Of a stretch of DNA of 64,000 bases, positions 10,938 through 22,479 are shown in pieces. A program made the position numbers and the translations under genes. How positions within the stretch are numbered: the first letter of the stretch is position 1; each line of letters begins with the position of its first letter. The notes below the pieces were generated by a model, which was given only the letters and a program-made list of their open reading frames with translations, ran no database searches and was not told the DNA's origin. Origin of the DNA: Somniosus microcephalus (lineage: Eukaryota); contig CM126208.1 of the NCBI GenBank assembly GCA_052327205.1, positions 164,300,001 through 164,364,000 of the forward strand, in the 5' to 3' direction.

Positions 10938-12359
10938 ATGCCGAAGAGTGGCAGTGTCACAGCGTTCGACAATGAAGTCGAAGATTGGGCGACATATGTG
11001 GAACGCATTGAGGTGTACTGCAAGGCGAATGAAGTGCCAGATGCCAGGAAAGCACTGGTTTTGTTGAATTCCATGGGTGCAAAAACGTATGGCTTACTGC
11101 GAAACCTAGTAACCCCAGAGAAGCCAGTGGATAAGGATTTCGAAAGCATAGTGGCAATCCTACAGGACCACTTAAACCCCACACCACTGCTGATAGCAGA
11201 AAGATTTAAGTTTCACAAAAGGAACCAGCATAAAGATGAGTATTTAACAGAACTGCGCAAGCTATCGAAACACTGCCAGTTTGGAATGGGACTAGCAGAT
11301 ACGTTAAGGGACAAGTTTGTGTGTGGGCTTCAAAGTGAAGGAACCCAGAAACGGCTTCTATCAGAAAAGGATCTTACGCTGGACAAGGCTTTCAGCATGG
11401 CAGTATCACATGAAGCAGCCACACGGGGCGCTGCAGAGATACAACGGAGACCGCAAGAATATGGCACCAATGAAATGTCATATGGAGCAGCGAAGTGTTA
11501 TCGCTGCGGCAGAACAACACACGACCAGAAGGATTGTTGGTTCAAGGACCAAGTGTGCAGACAGTGTGGAAAAGCAGGACACATAGCAAGAGTCTGCAGG
11601 TCGGGAAAGAAAACCAGCAGCCAGAAATCTCCACAGGAGAAGTACAAAAAGGTACATAAGGTGACGGAGAGTAGTTCAGACGAACAGAAAAGTGATACAA
11701 ACTCCGGAAGCAAGGAGCTGGGTTGTCTGAAACTACATAATGTAATCAAAATGGAGGATCACCAAACTATCTGGGTCACGCTCAAGATAGACGGAGTCCA
11801 AGTGAAAATGGAATTGGACACAGGATCAGCCCTAACAGTCATAAACCGAAGGGACTACAAGCGGCTATTCTCACATATACCCTTGAGAGATACAGAGATT
11901 GTCTTGAAGACGTACACGGGGCAAAAAGTCTACCCCAAAGGAAAAATAAGGGTGAACGTGATATACAACGGTAAGGAAACACCAAAAATGGACCTATATG
12001 TATTGCCAGATGGAGGACCACCACTACTAGGACGTGAATGGATCCGGAAGATACAGTTAGATTGGCATTCCATACAGGCACTGACGGTAGAGGCCAAAAA
12101 GGATGACGATGTCACACCTGGACGACTGTCAAAAATGTTAACTGATGCACAAGAAGTGTTCCAGGAGGGACTCGGAACACTAAAAGGCATAACAGCGACG
12201 ATCAAAATAGAGGAAAATGCAAGCCCAAAGTTTTTAAGGCCAGACCGGTGCCTTATGCGATCCGCCCAGCCGTCGAAGCAGAGCTGGAAGGTTTGGAACG
12301 TTCAGGAGTACTGTCCAAAGTGGACTGGAGCGAGTGGGCTACACCCATCATTCCTGTAG
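10938..12359 (+). CDS. Gag-protease ORF of element A
   Basis: Two CCHC knuckles (CYRCGRTTHDQKDC, CRQCGKAGHIARVC); aspartic protease MELDTGS...LLGR. Confidence 0.9.
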   Translation: MPKSGSVTAFDNEVEDWATYVERIEVYCKANEVPDARKALVLLNSMGAKTYGLLRNLVTPEKPVDKDFESIVAILQDHLNPTPLLIAERFKFHKRNQHKDEYLTELRKLSKHCQFGMGLADTLRDKFVCGLQSEGTQKRLLSEKDLTLDKAFSMAVSHEAATRGAAEIQRRPQEYGTNEMSYGAAKCYRCGRTTHDQKDCWFKDQVCRQCGKAGHIARVCRSGKKTSSQKSPQEKYKKVHKVTESSSDEQKSDTNSGSKELGCLKLHNVIKMEDHQTIWVTLKIDGVQVKMELDTGSALTVINRRDYKRLFSHIPLRDTEIVLKTYTGQKVYPKGKIRVNVIYNGKETPKMDLYVLPDGGPPLLGREWIRKIQLDWHSIQALTVEAKKDDDVTPGRLSKMLTDAQEVFQEGLGTLKGITATIKIEENASPKFLRPDRCLMRSAQPSKQSWKVWNVQEYCPKWTGASGLHPSFL

Positions 12360-14872
12360 TGAAGAGGTCGTTGAGTAATACGCCTGGGGAACCAAAGAAG
12401 GTTCGCATTTGTGGGGACTTTAAGGTGACAGTGAACCCAGTCCTTCACACGGTACAATATCCGCTTCCGCGGATTGAAGATATTTTCGCCTCGCTATCTG
12501 GAGGAAAACGCTTCACTAAGATTGATCTGGCCCAGGCGTACCTGCAAATGGAGGTAGAAGAAGCCTCAAAACAATACCTCACGATCAACACTCACAAAGG
12601 TCTCTACCAATACAATCGGCTGGTATTCGTGGTAGCATCAGCTCCGGCTATTTGGCAAAGGGCAATGGATCAAGCCCTGCAAGGGATTCCAGGGACCCAG
12701 TGTTATTTGGACGACATCCTGGTCACGGGCGAAAATGACAGTGATCACCTCGCCAACCTGGAGCAGGTGCTCACTACATTGAAGGAATATGGGCTACGAG
12801 CTAATTGCCACAAATGCAAGTTTTTCCAGAAGCAGATCTCGTATTGTGGCCACGTTATTGATGAAGAGGGGTTACATAAGTCCCCTGAAAAGATTGAGGC
12901 AGTAGTCAAGGCTCCAGCACCAGAAAATGTGTCACAACTGAGGTCGTTCCTCGGGCTGGTGAACTACTACCATAAGTTCTTACCAAATTTGTCTACAGTA
13001 TTACACCCACTGAACACCCTACTGCAAACGGGGGTACCATGGAAGTGGAATGACAAATGTAAACGAGCTTTCCAGAAGTGCAAAGAATTGATCACATCAA
13101 AAGAGGTGTTGGCTCATTTCAACCCAGCACTACCAATTCGGTTGGCGTGTGATGCATCACCCTATGGTATTGGAGCGGTGCTGTCGCACAAATTCCCAGA
13201 TGGGTTGGAGAGGCCAGTAGCCTTTGCGTCTCGGTCACGAACCTCAGCCGAGCACAACTACGCCCAGATTGACAGGGAGGCCCTCAGCCTAGTATGGGGA
13301 GTAAAAAAGTTCAACCACTATCTGCACGGGCAGAAGTTCACCTTGCTGACTGACCACCAACCACTTGTCTCCATCTTTAATCCAAAGAAGGGCGTTCCGG
13401 TGATGACTGCGCAACGGCTACAATGATGGTCCCTTTTTCTAGGGGCGAACCAATATGAAATAGAGTATAAGGGCACGAAACAGCATGGAAACGCTGATGG
13501 GCTATCACGCCTGCCACTGCCTACTGCGGAGGAAGTACCAGCAGTGGACCCAGTCGAAATATTTTATTCAACCATAATTGAACGCTTGCCAGTAACTAAC
13601 GCGGATATAGAGAAGGAGACCTGAAATGATCCGACACTGTCTCGGGTATATGATTTGACGGTGAGGGGATGGCCAACACATGGCGACTCACTGTTGCCAG
13701 CATTCTCATCTAGAAGGGAACAGCTGTCAGTATGCCAGGGGACATTGATGTGTGGCTCCTGAGTGGTGATTCCACCCAAGTTAAGGGAGAGAGTGCTCAA
13801 TGAGCTTCACGAAGGCCATCTGGGAGGGGTGAAAATGAAAAGCCTTGCTAGGACTTATGTGTGGTGGCCGGGGATCGTTCAACAAATCGAGGACCTAACA
13901 AAGAGCTGCTCAGGATGCCAGAAGGTCCAAAATGCACCACCACATGCCCCTCTACACCCATGGGAGTGGCCCTCCTCTCCATGGCAACGGGTGCATATTG
14001 ATTTTGCTGGTCCATTCATGGACTCAATGTTTTTAATAGCAGTGGATGCACACTCGAAATGGCCTGAGGTGATAAAAATGTCCTCCACCACTATGGAGAA
14101 AACGATTGCAGTCCTACGGACCATATTTGCCAGGAACGGCTTGCCAGAACAGATTTGCTCTGATAACGGACCACAGTTTGTGTCCGAAGAATTTCGGAAA
14201 TTTATGAGAAGGAATGGGGTAAGGCATTATACATGCGCCCCGTATCATCCAGCCACAAATGGATTGGCTGAGAGGTTCGTATAAACCTTTAAAAAGGCAG
14301 TAAGGGCCATGTGCGATGACGACATTCCACTGCAGCATAAGGTGGACAATTTCCTGTTAGCCTACAGAAATGCGACACATGCAGTGACCAACCAGACCCC
14401 GGCCATGATGTTCTTTAACCGAAGGTTGAGATCTCGTATGGATTTGCTCAGACCAAATGTACGAAGAAATGTTGAGAATAAGCAATTCCAGCACATCAAT
14501 GAGAAGCCGACAAGGAGCTTCAATGTAGGACAACCAGTCTTGGCCCGCGACTACCGAACAGAGAAATGGCAACCAGGAACGATATGCACACGACAGGTGC
14601 CACTAATGTACACAGTGGATGTTGGGGAGAACATTGTGAGACGCCATGTCGACCAGATCCTAGCGTCACAAGAACGAGTCAACCCCATGTCTCGCGTACC
14701 TGGTGATGAACCCGGCATACCGGTAGCATCTACCCCAGAAACAGTAGCATCGGAAGCTGATGAACTAACCAACGACAGGGGGCCAGAATTGCCTTCGCAC
14801 CAAGAGCAAGACACTCAGGAATGGCACTATCCAGAAAGAATCAGGAAGCCGCCCCAAAGACTGAATCTATAA
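12236..14872 (+). pseudogene. RT-RNase H-integrase of element A with several in-frame stops
   Basis: YLDD, LACDAS, HEGH/CSGC, HIDFAGPF, SDNG, NGLAERFV; stops near 13424, 13622, 13760, 14282. Confidence 0.92.
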
Positions 14873-17159
14873 ATGGACTATTTCCATTAATGTGCATGTT
14901 AAAAGTGTTAACTGTTAATTGAATGTTATGGTACTGTTAATCTAAAAGGGGAGGAATTGTAGTGTATGTACCTTTAAGAGAGAACTACTTTTACAGCTCC
15001 TGTATACTGTAGTACCGGCAGTGACCACACCTGTATATAAGCCCTGAGCAGGGATCTGTACTGTTGGTTTTTAGGCTACCCTCATCCAGTAAACACCTGT
15101 TGATTGTTAATCTGCAGTCTCCGTCTATTTATTGAAGAACACCATACCTTAAGATTCACGGATTTAACAGGGTCAAGGACAGAATCTATTTGGTTAGAGT
15201 TAAGAAACAATAGAGGTGCCATTACACTACTAGGTGTATTCTATACACCACCAATGACTTGGACTTGGGTGTACAGGGCACAATTAAAAAATTTGCAGAT
15301 GGCTCTAAACTTGGAAGTATAGTGAACAGTGAGGAGGATGGTGATAAACTTCAAGAGGACATAAACAGGCTGGTGGAATGAGTTGACACGTTGCAGATGA
15401 AATCTAATGCAGAAACATGCGAAGTGATACATTTTGGTAGGAAGAACGAGGAGAGGCAATATAATCTAAAGGGTACAATACTAAAGGGGGTGCATGAACA
15501 TAGCGACCTGGGGGTATATGGACACAAACCATTGAAGGTGGCAGGGCAGGTTGAGAAAGTGGTTAAAAAATCATACGGCATCCTGGGCTTCATAAATAGA
15601 GGCATAGAGTACAAAAGCAAGGAAGTTACGATGAATCTTTATAAAACACTGGTTTGGCCTCAACTGGAGTACTGTGTCCAATTCTGGGCACTGCAATTTA
15701 GGAAGGATGTGAAGGCCTTAGAGAGGGTGCAGAAGAGATTTACAGGAATGGTTCCACGGATGAGGGACTTTAGTTACATGGATAGACTGGAGAAGCTGGG
15801 GTTGTTCTCCTTAGAGCAGAGAAGATTGAGAGGAGATTTGATAGAGGTGTTCAGAATCATGAAGGGTCTAGTCAGAGTAGAGAGAAACTGTTCCCATTGG
15901 CAGAAGAGTCGAGAACCAGAGGACACAGATTTAAGGTGATTGGCAGACGAACCAAAGGCGACATGAGGCAAAACTTTCTTACGCAGCGAGTGGTTAGGAT
16001 CTGGAATGCACTGACTGAAAGGGTGGTGGAGGCAGATTCAATCGTGGCTTTTAAAAGGAAATTGGATAAGTACCTGAAGGAAAAAATTTGCAGGTCTACA
16101 GGGACAGGGCGTGGAGTGGGACTAGCTGAAGTGCTCTTGCAGAGAACCGGCACAGGCTTGATGGGCCAAATGGCCTCTTTCTGTGCTGTAACCATTCTAT
16201 GATTCTGTAGAAATTTATGCCACAGAAGGAGGCCATTTGGCCCATCGTGTCTGTGCCGGTCGAAAAAGAGCTATCCAGCCTAATCCTACTTCACAGCTCT
16301 TGGTCCGTGAGGGGTGTGTGGTTGGGTGGGGGTATGGGTGGGGGGGGGGCGGAGGGGCACCCGGGCTGCTGATGTGAAGTTTCCAAACAAAATGATGATA
16401 GATGAATCAGGAGTGGGAAAGGTGTGATAAGTTCAGCCCGGCGATATATAAAATATCAAATCCAAGCCAAGGCTTTTGGAAGAAGCTGAGGCCTTCAAAC
16501 AAAAAGTTTAATAAAGGTATTAAAAGATACAAAAAAACTAATTAATGGATACACTTCGATCATATTATTATGAAATATGTGTTTTGTGAATTTTATATAT
16601 TGCTTATTTTGGACACTAGGGCCTAGAAATTCGATTGCACCCATCAAAAATGGTGGATCAAAATTTTTTTGATAAAGCATATTAAGTAATTCTATTTATT
16701 CATCAATAGACAGTGGTGGTGAAAGTTGATATAGCAAAATTGAATCAGAACTGTTGACACACCAATTTACAATGGAGAAAAGGTGGCACTAAAGTGTGAG
16801 TAAAAATTACATACAACAGGTAATAAGGTTTGTGCACATGAAGTGTGCAACATTTACAACATTTTTAATAAGATATACAGACTTCAGCTGAAGTATTTAT
16901 TTGATTCACATTCAACGGATCCGCCATTTCCGCCACTTCCAGCGTGATCCCACCACCAAACACTTCTACCCCTCCCCTTTCAGCATTTCGAAGGGACCAT
17001 TACATCCACGAAACCCTAGTCCACTCCTTAATCAACCGCAACACCCTCTCCCCTTCCCACAGCACCTTCCCATGCAAGTGCCGAAGTATGGATAATTTAA
17101 TATATTTATGCCTGCCCTTTTACCTCCTCCCTTCCCACCATCCAGGGCCCCTAACACTC

Positions 17160-17402
17160 ACAGAATCACAGAAATCACAGAAACCCCACAGTGCAGATAG
17201 AGGCCATTTCGGCCCATCGAGCCTGCACCGACACATATCCCACCCAATCCCCGTAACCCCTACACCAACACATATTCCACCCTATCCCCGTAACCCCACG
17301 TATTTAATCCCCCTAACACTAAGGGTCAATTTATCATAGCCAATCAACCTAACCCGCACATCTTTGGACTGTGGGAGGAAACCGGAGCACCTGGAGGAAA
17401 CC
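17160..17402 (-). mobile_element. V-SINE (HE1-like) fragment with CR1-type tail
   Basis: Reverse strand reads GGTTTCCTCCAGGTGCTCCGGTTTCCTCCCACAGTCCAAAG (V-domain core); TTCTGTGA-type tail repeats. Confidence 0.7.
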
Positions 17403-18527
17403 CAGGTGAAACAGAGATTTAATTGTACTTCTTTCAATTTAGTATACTGTACTCGCTGTTCACGATGCAGTCTCCTCGACATTCGGGAGACCAAATGCAG
17501 ATTGGATGACCACTTTGCGGAACACCTCCATTCAGTCTGCAAGCATGACCCTGAGCTTCCGGCCGCTTATCACTTTAATTCTCTGCTCCCGTTTTTTTCA
17601 GACACGGCTGTTGGTAATGATACTGCTATTGCCATTTACACCTCCTCTAGACCCATCTTTTTTTTCTTTATTTGTCCCATTACCATCTCCTTTTGCCTTG
17701 CACCAACATCCCTGTTGTCATTTAATCTCTCCTGCCTTCCACCCTATCACAGACCTTCCCTTTTGTTCTTTCCTCCCCTGCCCCCTTTACATGCCCCTGC
17801 ACTTACTTAAAACCTGTTGGGGGCTAAATTTGGTTGATTTGCACCTCCTATTAGCGCCCTAAGAGGGCACTAACGGGGCGCAAATCAACTAACGCCTGGG
17901 CTCGGCGCCGCTAACGCCGCCCGCGAAATTCAGCAGGAGGTTAGCGGTGGCGCTGCGCTGCCGGCAATGATGTCATCATTGTGTGCAGTGCCCCGCTCGT
18001 ACCCCGGCTGTAATATTGGGTGGCGCCTCCCGACTTACCGCCGGACGCTATGTCCGCCGGGGTCAGGGGGACGACCTGCGGCGGGGGCGGCGCTAGTCAA
18101 AGGGGAGGTGGCTGGCAGCCATTTTTGTTGCTGGCTGCCAGCCAGCACCTGCCCCCGTTGCTGTCCCCGGCCCCGTGAAGCCCCCCGCGGGGTGCTGGCT
18201 GCTCCCCATGAGCCCAGCACTCCTCTTTGTTACGTCCGTGTATAATCAGACACAGACTGCGGAGAACGGTACAAACGGTGTTTACTCAACGTGGCTCAGA
18301 ATGCAACTGAACTGTACAGATTACTACTCAACGTTATATACAGGTGTGGTCACTGCCGGTACTACAGTATACATGAGCTGTAAAAAGTAGTTCCCCCCTT
18401 AAAGGTACATACATTACAATTCCTCCCCTTTTAGATTAACAGTACCATAACACTCATTTAACAATTAAATATCAAACTAATTACAATTAACACTTTTAAC
18501 ATGCAACATTGGCTGAAAATAGTCTAT

Positions 18528-21170
18528 TTATAAATTCAGTCTTTGGGGAGGCTTCCTGATCCTTTCTGGATAGCGCCTTTCCCGAGTGTCTTGCTCTTGG
18601 TGCGGAGGCGATTCTGGCCCCCTGTCGTCGGTTGGTTCATCAGCTTCCGATGCTACTGTTTCTGGGGTAGATGCTACCTGTACGTCGGGTTCATCACCAG
18701 GTACGTATGGGCGAGGCATGGGGTTGACTTGTTCCTGTGACTCTAGGATCTGGTCAGCATGGCGTCTCACGATGCTCTCCCCAACGTCCACTGTGTACAT
18801 TAGTGGGCCCTGCTGTGTGCATATCGTTCCTGGCTGCCATTTTTCTGTTCGGTAGTCGCGGGCCAAGACTGGTTGCCCTACATTGAAGCTCCTTGTTGGC
18901 TTCTCATGGATGTGCTGGAATTGCCTACTCTCAACATCTCTTCGTACGTTTGGTCTGAGCAAATCCAGGCGAGATCTTAACCTTCGGTTAAAGGACATCA
19001 TGGCTGGGGGCTGGTTGGTGACTGCATGTGTCGCATTCCGATAGGCGAACAGGAAATTGTCCACCTTGTGCTGCAGCGGAATGTTGTCATTGTACATAGT
19101 CTTTATTGCCTTCTTAAAGGTTTGTACGAACCTCTCAGCCAACCATTTGTGGCTGGATGATACGGGGCGGATGTGTAATGCCTTACCCCATTCTTTTTCA
19201 AGAACCTCCGGAACCCTTCGGACACAAACTGTGGTCCGTTGTCGGAGCAAATCTGTTCTGGCAAGCCATTCCTGGCAAAAATGGTCCGTAGGACTGCAAT
19301 AGTTTTCTCCGTGGTGGTGGAGGACATTTTGATGACCTCAGGCCATTTCGAGTGCGCATCCACGGCTATTAAAAACATTGAGTCCATGAATGGACCAGCA
19401 AAATCAATATGCACCCGTTGCCATGGAGATGAGGGCCGCTCCCATGGGTGTAGAGGGGCCTGTGGTGGTGCATTTTGGACTTTCTGGCATCCTGAGCAGC
19501 TCTTGGTCAGGTCCTCGATTTGTTTATCGATTCCCGGCCACCACACATAAGCCCTGGCTAGGCTTTTCATTTTTACCCCTCCCAGATGACCCTCATGAAG
19601 CTCATTGAGCACTCTATCCCTTAACTTGGGTGGAATTACCACTCGGGATCCACACATCAAGGTCCCCCGGCACACTGACAGCTGTTCTCTTCTTGTCGAG
19701 AATGCTGGCAACAGTGAGTCACCATGTGCTGGCGATCCCTTCACCGTCAAATCATATACCCGAGGCAGTGTCGGGTCATTTCGGGTTTCCTTTTCGATAC
19801 AAGCGTTAGTTACCGGTAGGTATTCAACTATAGTCGAATGGAATATTTCGACAGGATCCACTGCTGGTGCTTCCTCCGCAGTAGGCAGTGGCAGGCGTGA
19901 TAGCCCATCAGCATTTCCATGCTGTTTCGTGCCCTTATATTCAATCTCATAGTGGTGCGCCCCCAGAAAAAGTGACCATCTTTGTAGTCGTTGCGCAGTC
20001 ATCACCGGAACGCCCTTCTTCGGATTAAAAATGGAGACAAGAGGCTGGTGATCAGTCAGCAAGGTGAATTTCTGCCCGTGCAGATAGTGATTGAACTTTT
20101 TCACTCCCCCCACTAGGCTGAGGGCCTCCCTGTCAATCTGGGCGTAGTTACGCTCGGCTGAGGTTAGTGATCGTGATGCAAAGGCTATTGGCCTCTCTGA
20201 GCCGTCCGAGAATTTGTGCGACAGCACCACTCCAATGCCGTAGGGTGACGCATCACATGCCAACCGAATTGGTAATGCTGGGTTGTAATGGGCCAATACC
20301 TCTTTCGATGTGATTAGTGTTTTGCTCTTCTGGAAAGCTCGTCTACATTCGTCACTCCACTTCCATGGCACCCCTGTTTGCAGTAGGGTGTTCAGTGGGT
20401 GTAGTATTGTAGACAAATTTGGCAAAAACTTATGGTAGTAGTTTACCAGCTCGAGGAACGACCTCAGTTGTGACACATTTTCCGGTGCTGGAGCCTTGAC
20501 TACTGCCTCAATCTTCTCAGGGGAATTATGTAACCCCTCTTTATCGATAACGTGGCCACAATATGAGATCTGTTTTCTAAAAAACTCACATTTGGGGCGG
20601 TTAGCTCAGAGCCCATATTCCTGCAATCTAGTGAGCACCTGCTCCAGGTTGGCAAGTTGATCACTGTCATTTTCGCCCGTGACCAGGATGTCGTCCAAAT
20701 AACACTGGGTCCCTGGGATCCCTTGCAGGACTTGTTCCATTGCCCTCTGCCAAATAGCCGGAGCTGATGCTACCCCGAATACCAGCTGGTTGTATTGGTA
20801 GAGACCTTTATGGGTGTTGATTGTGAGGTATTTTTTTGATGCTTCTTCTACCTCCATTTGCAGATACGCCTGGGCCAGATCAATCTTAGTGAAGCGTTTC
20901 CCTCCAGATAGCGAGGCGAAAATATCTTCAATCCGCGGAAGTGGATATTGTACGGTGTGAAGTACCGGGTTCACTGTTACCTTAAAGTCCCCACAGATGC
21001 GAACCTTCCTTGGTTCCCCAGGCGTGCTGCTCAACGACTTTTTCATCACAGGGACGATGGGTGTAGCCCACTCGCTCCAGTCTACCTTGGACAGTACACC
21101 TGAACGTTCCAGACTCTCCAGCTCTGCTTCAACGGCTGGGCGGATCGCATAAGGTACTGGTCTGGCCTTA
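18528..21170 (-). pseudogene. RT-RNase H-integrase of element B, disrupted
   Basis: YLDD in 20606-21049; stop at 20606; RNase H/integrase in 19103-20476; 1-bp deletion near 19145 relative to element A. Confidence 0.92.
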
Positions 21171-22479
21171 AAAATTTTGGACTTGCGTTTTCTTCAATTT
21201 TAATCGTCGCTGTCATGCCTTTTAGTGTTCCCAGTCCTTGCTGGAACACTTCTTTCGCGTCAGTTAGGATCTTTGACAGTCGCCCAGGTGTGACGTCGTC
21301 ATCCTTTTTGTCAGCCACAGTCAGTGCCTGTATGGAATGCCAATCCAGTTGTATTTTCCGGATCCATTCACGTCCCAGTAATGGTGGTCCTCCATCTTGC
21401 AATACATACAGGTCTAGTTTTGGTGTTTCCTTACCGTTATATATAACGGTCACCCTTATTTTTCCTTTTGGGTAGACTTTTTGCCCCGTGTACGTCTTCA
21501 AAATAATTTGTGTGTCTCTCAAGGGTATGTGTGAGAATAGCCGCTCGTAGTCCCGTCGGTTTATGGCTGTTAAAGCTGATCCTGTGTCCAATTCCATCTT
21601 TACCTGGACTCCTGCTATCTTGAGAGTGACCCAAATGGTTCGGTGATCCTCTGTTGTGATCACATTATGTAGTTTCAGACAACTCAGTTCCCTGCTTTCG
21701 GAGTCGTTATCACTCTTTTGTTCGTCTGAACTATTCTCCGTTATCTTATGTACCTTCTTGTACTTTCCTTTGGTCAGTTTCTTATTGCTGGTTTTCTTTC
21801 CCGACCTGCAGACTCGTGCTATGTGGCCTACTTTTCCACACTGTCTGCACACTTTGTCTTTGAACCAGCAATCATTATGGTCGTGTGTTGTTCTGCCGCA
21901 GCGATAGCACTTCTCTGTTCCATATGACATTTCGTTTGTGCCATATTCTTGCGGTCTCTGTTGTATCTCTGCAGTGCCCCGTGCTTCTGCTTCATATGAT
22001 ACCGCAATGCTGAAAGCCTTTTCCAGCGTAAGGTCCTTTTCAGATAAAAGCCGTTTCTGGGTTCCTTCACTTTGAAGCCCACACACAAACTTGTCCCTTA
22101 AAGTATCTGCTAGTCCCGTTCCAAACTGGCAGTGTTTCGATAGCTTGCGCAGTTCCGTTAAATACTCAGCATTACTTTCATCTTTATGCTGGTTCCTTTT
22201 GTGAAACTTAAATCTTTCTGCTATCAGCAGCAGTGTGGGGTTTAAGTGGTCCTGTAGGATTGACACTATGTTTTCAAAATCCTTTTCTACTGGCTTCTCT
22301 GGGGTTACTAGGTTTCGTAGTAAGCCATACGTTTTTGCACCCATTGAATTCAACAATACCAGCGCTTTCTTGTCATCTGGCACTTCATTCGCCTTGCAGT
22401 ATACTTCTATGCGTTCGACATATGTCATCCAATCTTCGACTTCCTTGTCGAATGCTGTGATACTGCCACTCTTCGGCAT
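21082..22479 (-). CDS. Gag-protease ORF of element B
   Basis: Closely similar to 10938-12359; two CCHC knuckles; LDTGS protease. Confidence 0.9.
   Translation of the reverse strand: MPKSGSITAFDKEVEDWMTYVERIEVYCKANEVPDDKKALVLLNSMGAKTYGLLRNLVTPEKPVEKDFENIVSILQDHLNPTLLLIAERFKFHKRNQHKDESNAEYLTELRKLSKHCQFGTGLADTLRDKFVCGLQSEGTQKRLLSEKDLTLEKAFSIAVSYEAEARGTAEIQQRPQEYGTNEMSYGTEKCYRCGRTTHDHNDCWFKDKVCRQCGKVGHIARVCRSGKKTSNKKLTKGKYKKVHKITENSSDEQKSDNDSESRELSCLKLHNVITTEDHRTIWVTLKIAGVQVKMELDTGSALTAINRRDYERLFSHIPLRDTQIILKTYTGQKVYPKGKIRVTVIYNGKETPKLDLYVLQDGGPPLLGREWIRKIQLDWHSIQALTVADKKDDDVTPGRLSKILTDAKEVFQQGLGTLKGMTATIKIEENASPKFLRPDQYLMRSAQPLKQSWRVWNVQVYCPR

Larger units (their letters stand above)
10042..15169 (+). 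mobile_element. Full-length Gypsy (Mag-like) LTR retrotransposon A
   Basis: LTRs 10042-10254 and 14958-15169 (TG...CA; about 3 substitutions + 1 indel seen); 5-bp TSD GGGTC; PBS TGGCGACGAGG; PPT AAAAGGGGAGGAA. Confidence 0.97.
6190..16207 (+). mobile_element. CR1 LINE with 5' UTR, ORF1 (zinc finger + SGNH esterase-like), ORF2 endonuclease start and RT end; large internal deletion; hosts a hAT and a Gypsy insertion
   Basis: ORF1 motifs ECTSCAMWE and CHQLEELEL..SELEQQL (6391-6600), IGDSIVRG and CCLPGARVKDV (9150-9280); endonuclease CMYVNAQSVVNK (~9790); resumes at 15170; jumps to RT end near 15255; tail ATTCTATGATTCT near 16200. Confidence 0.9.
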
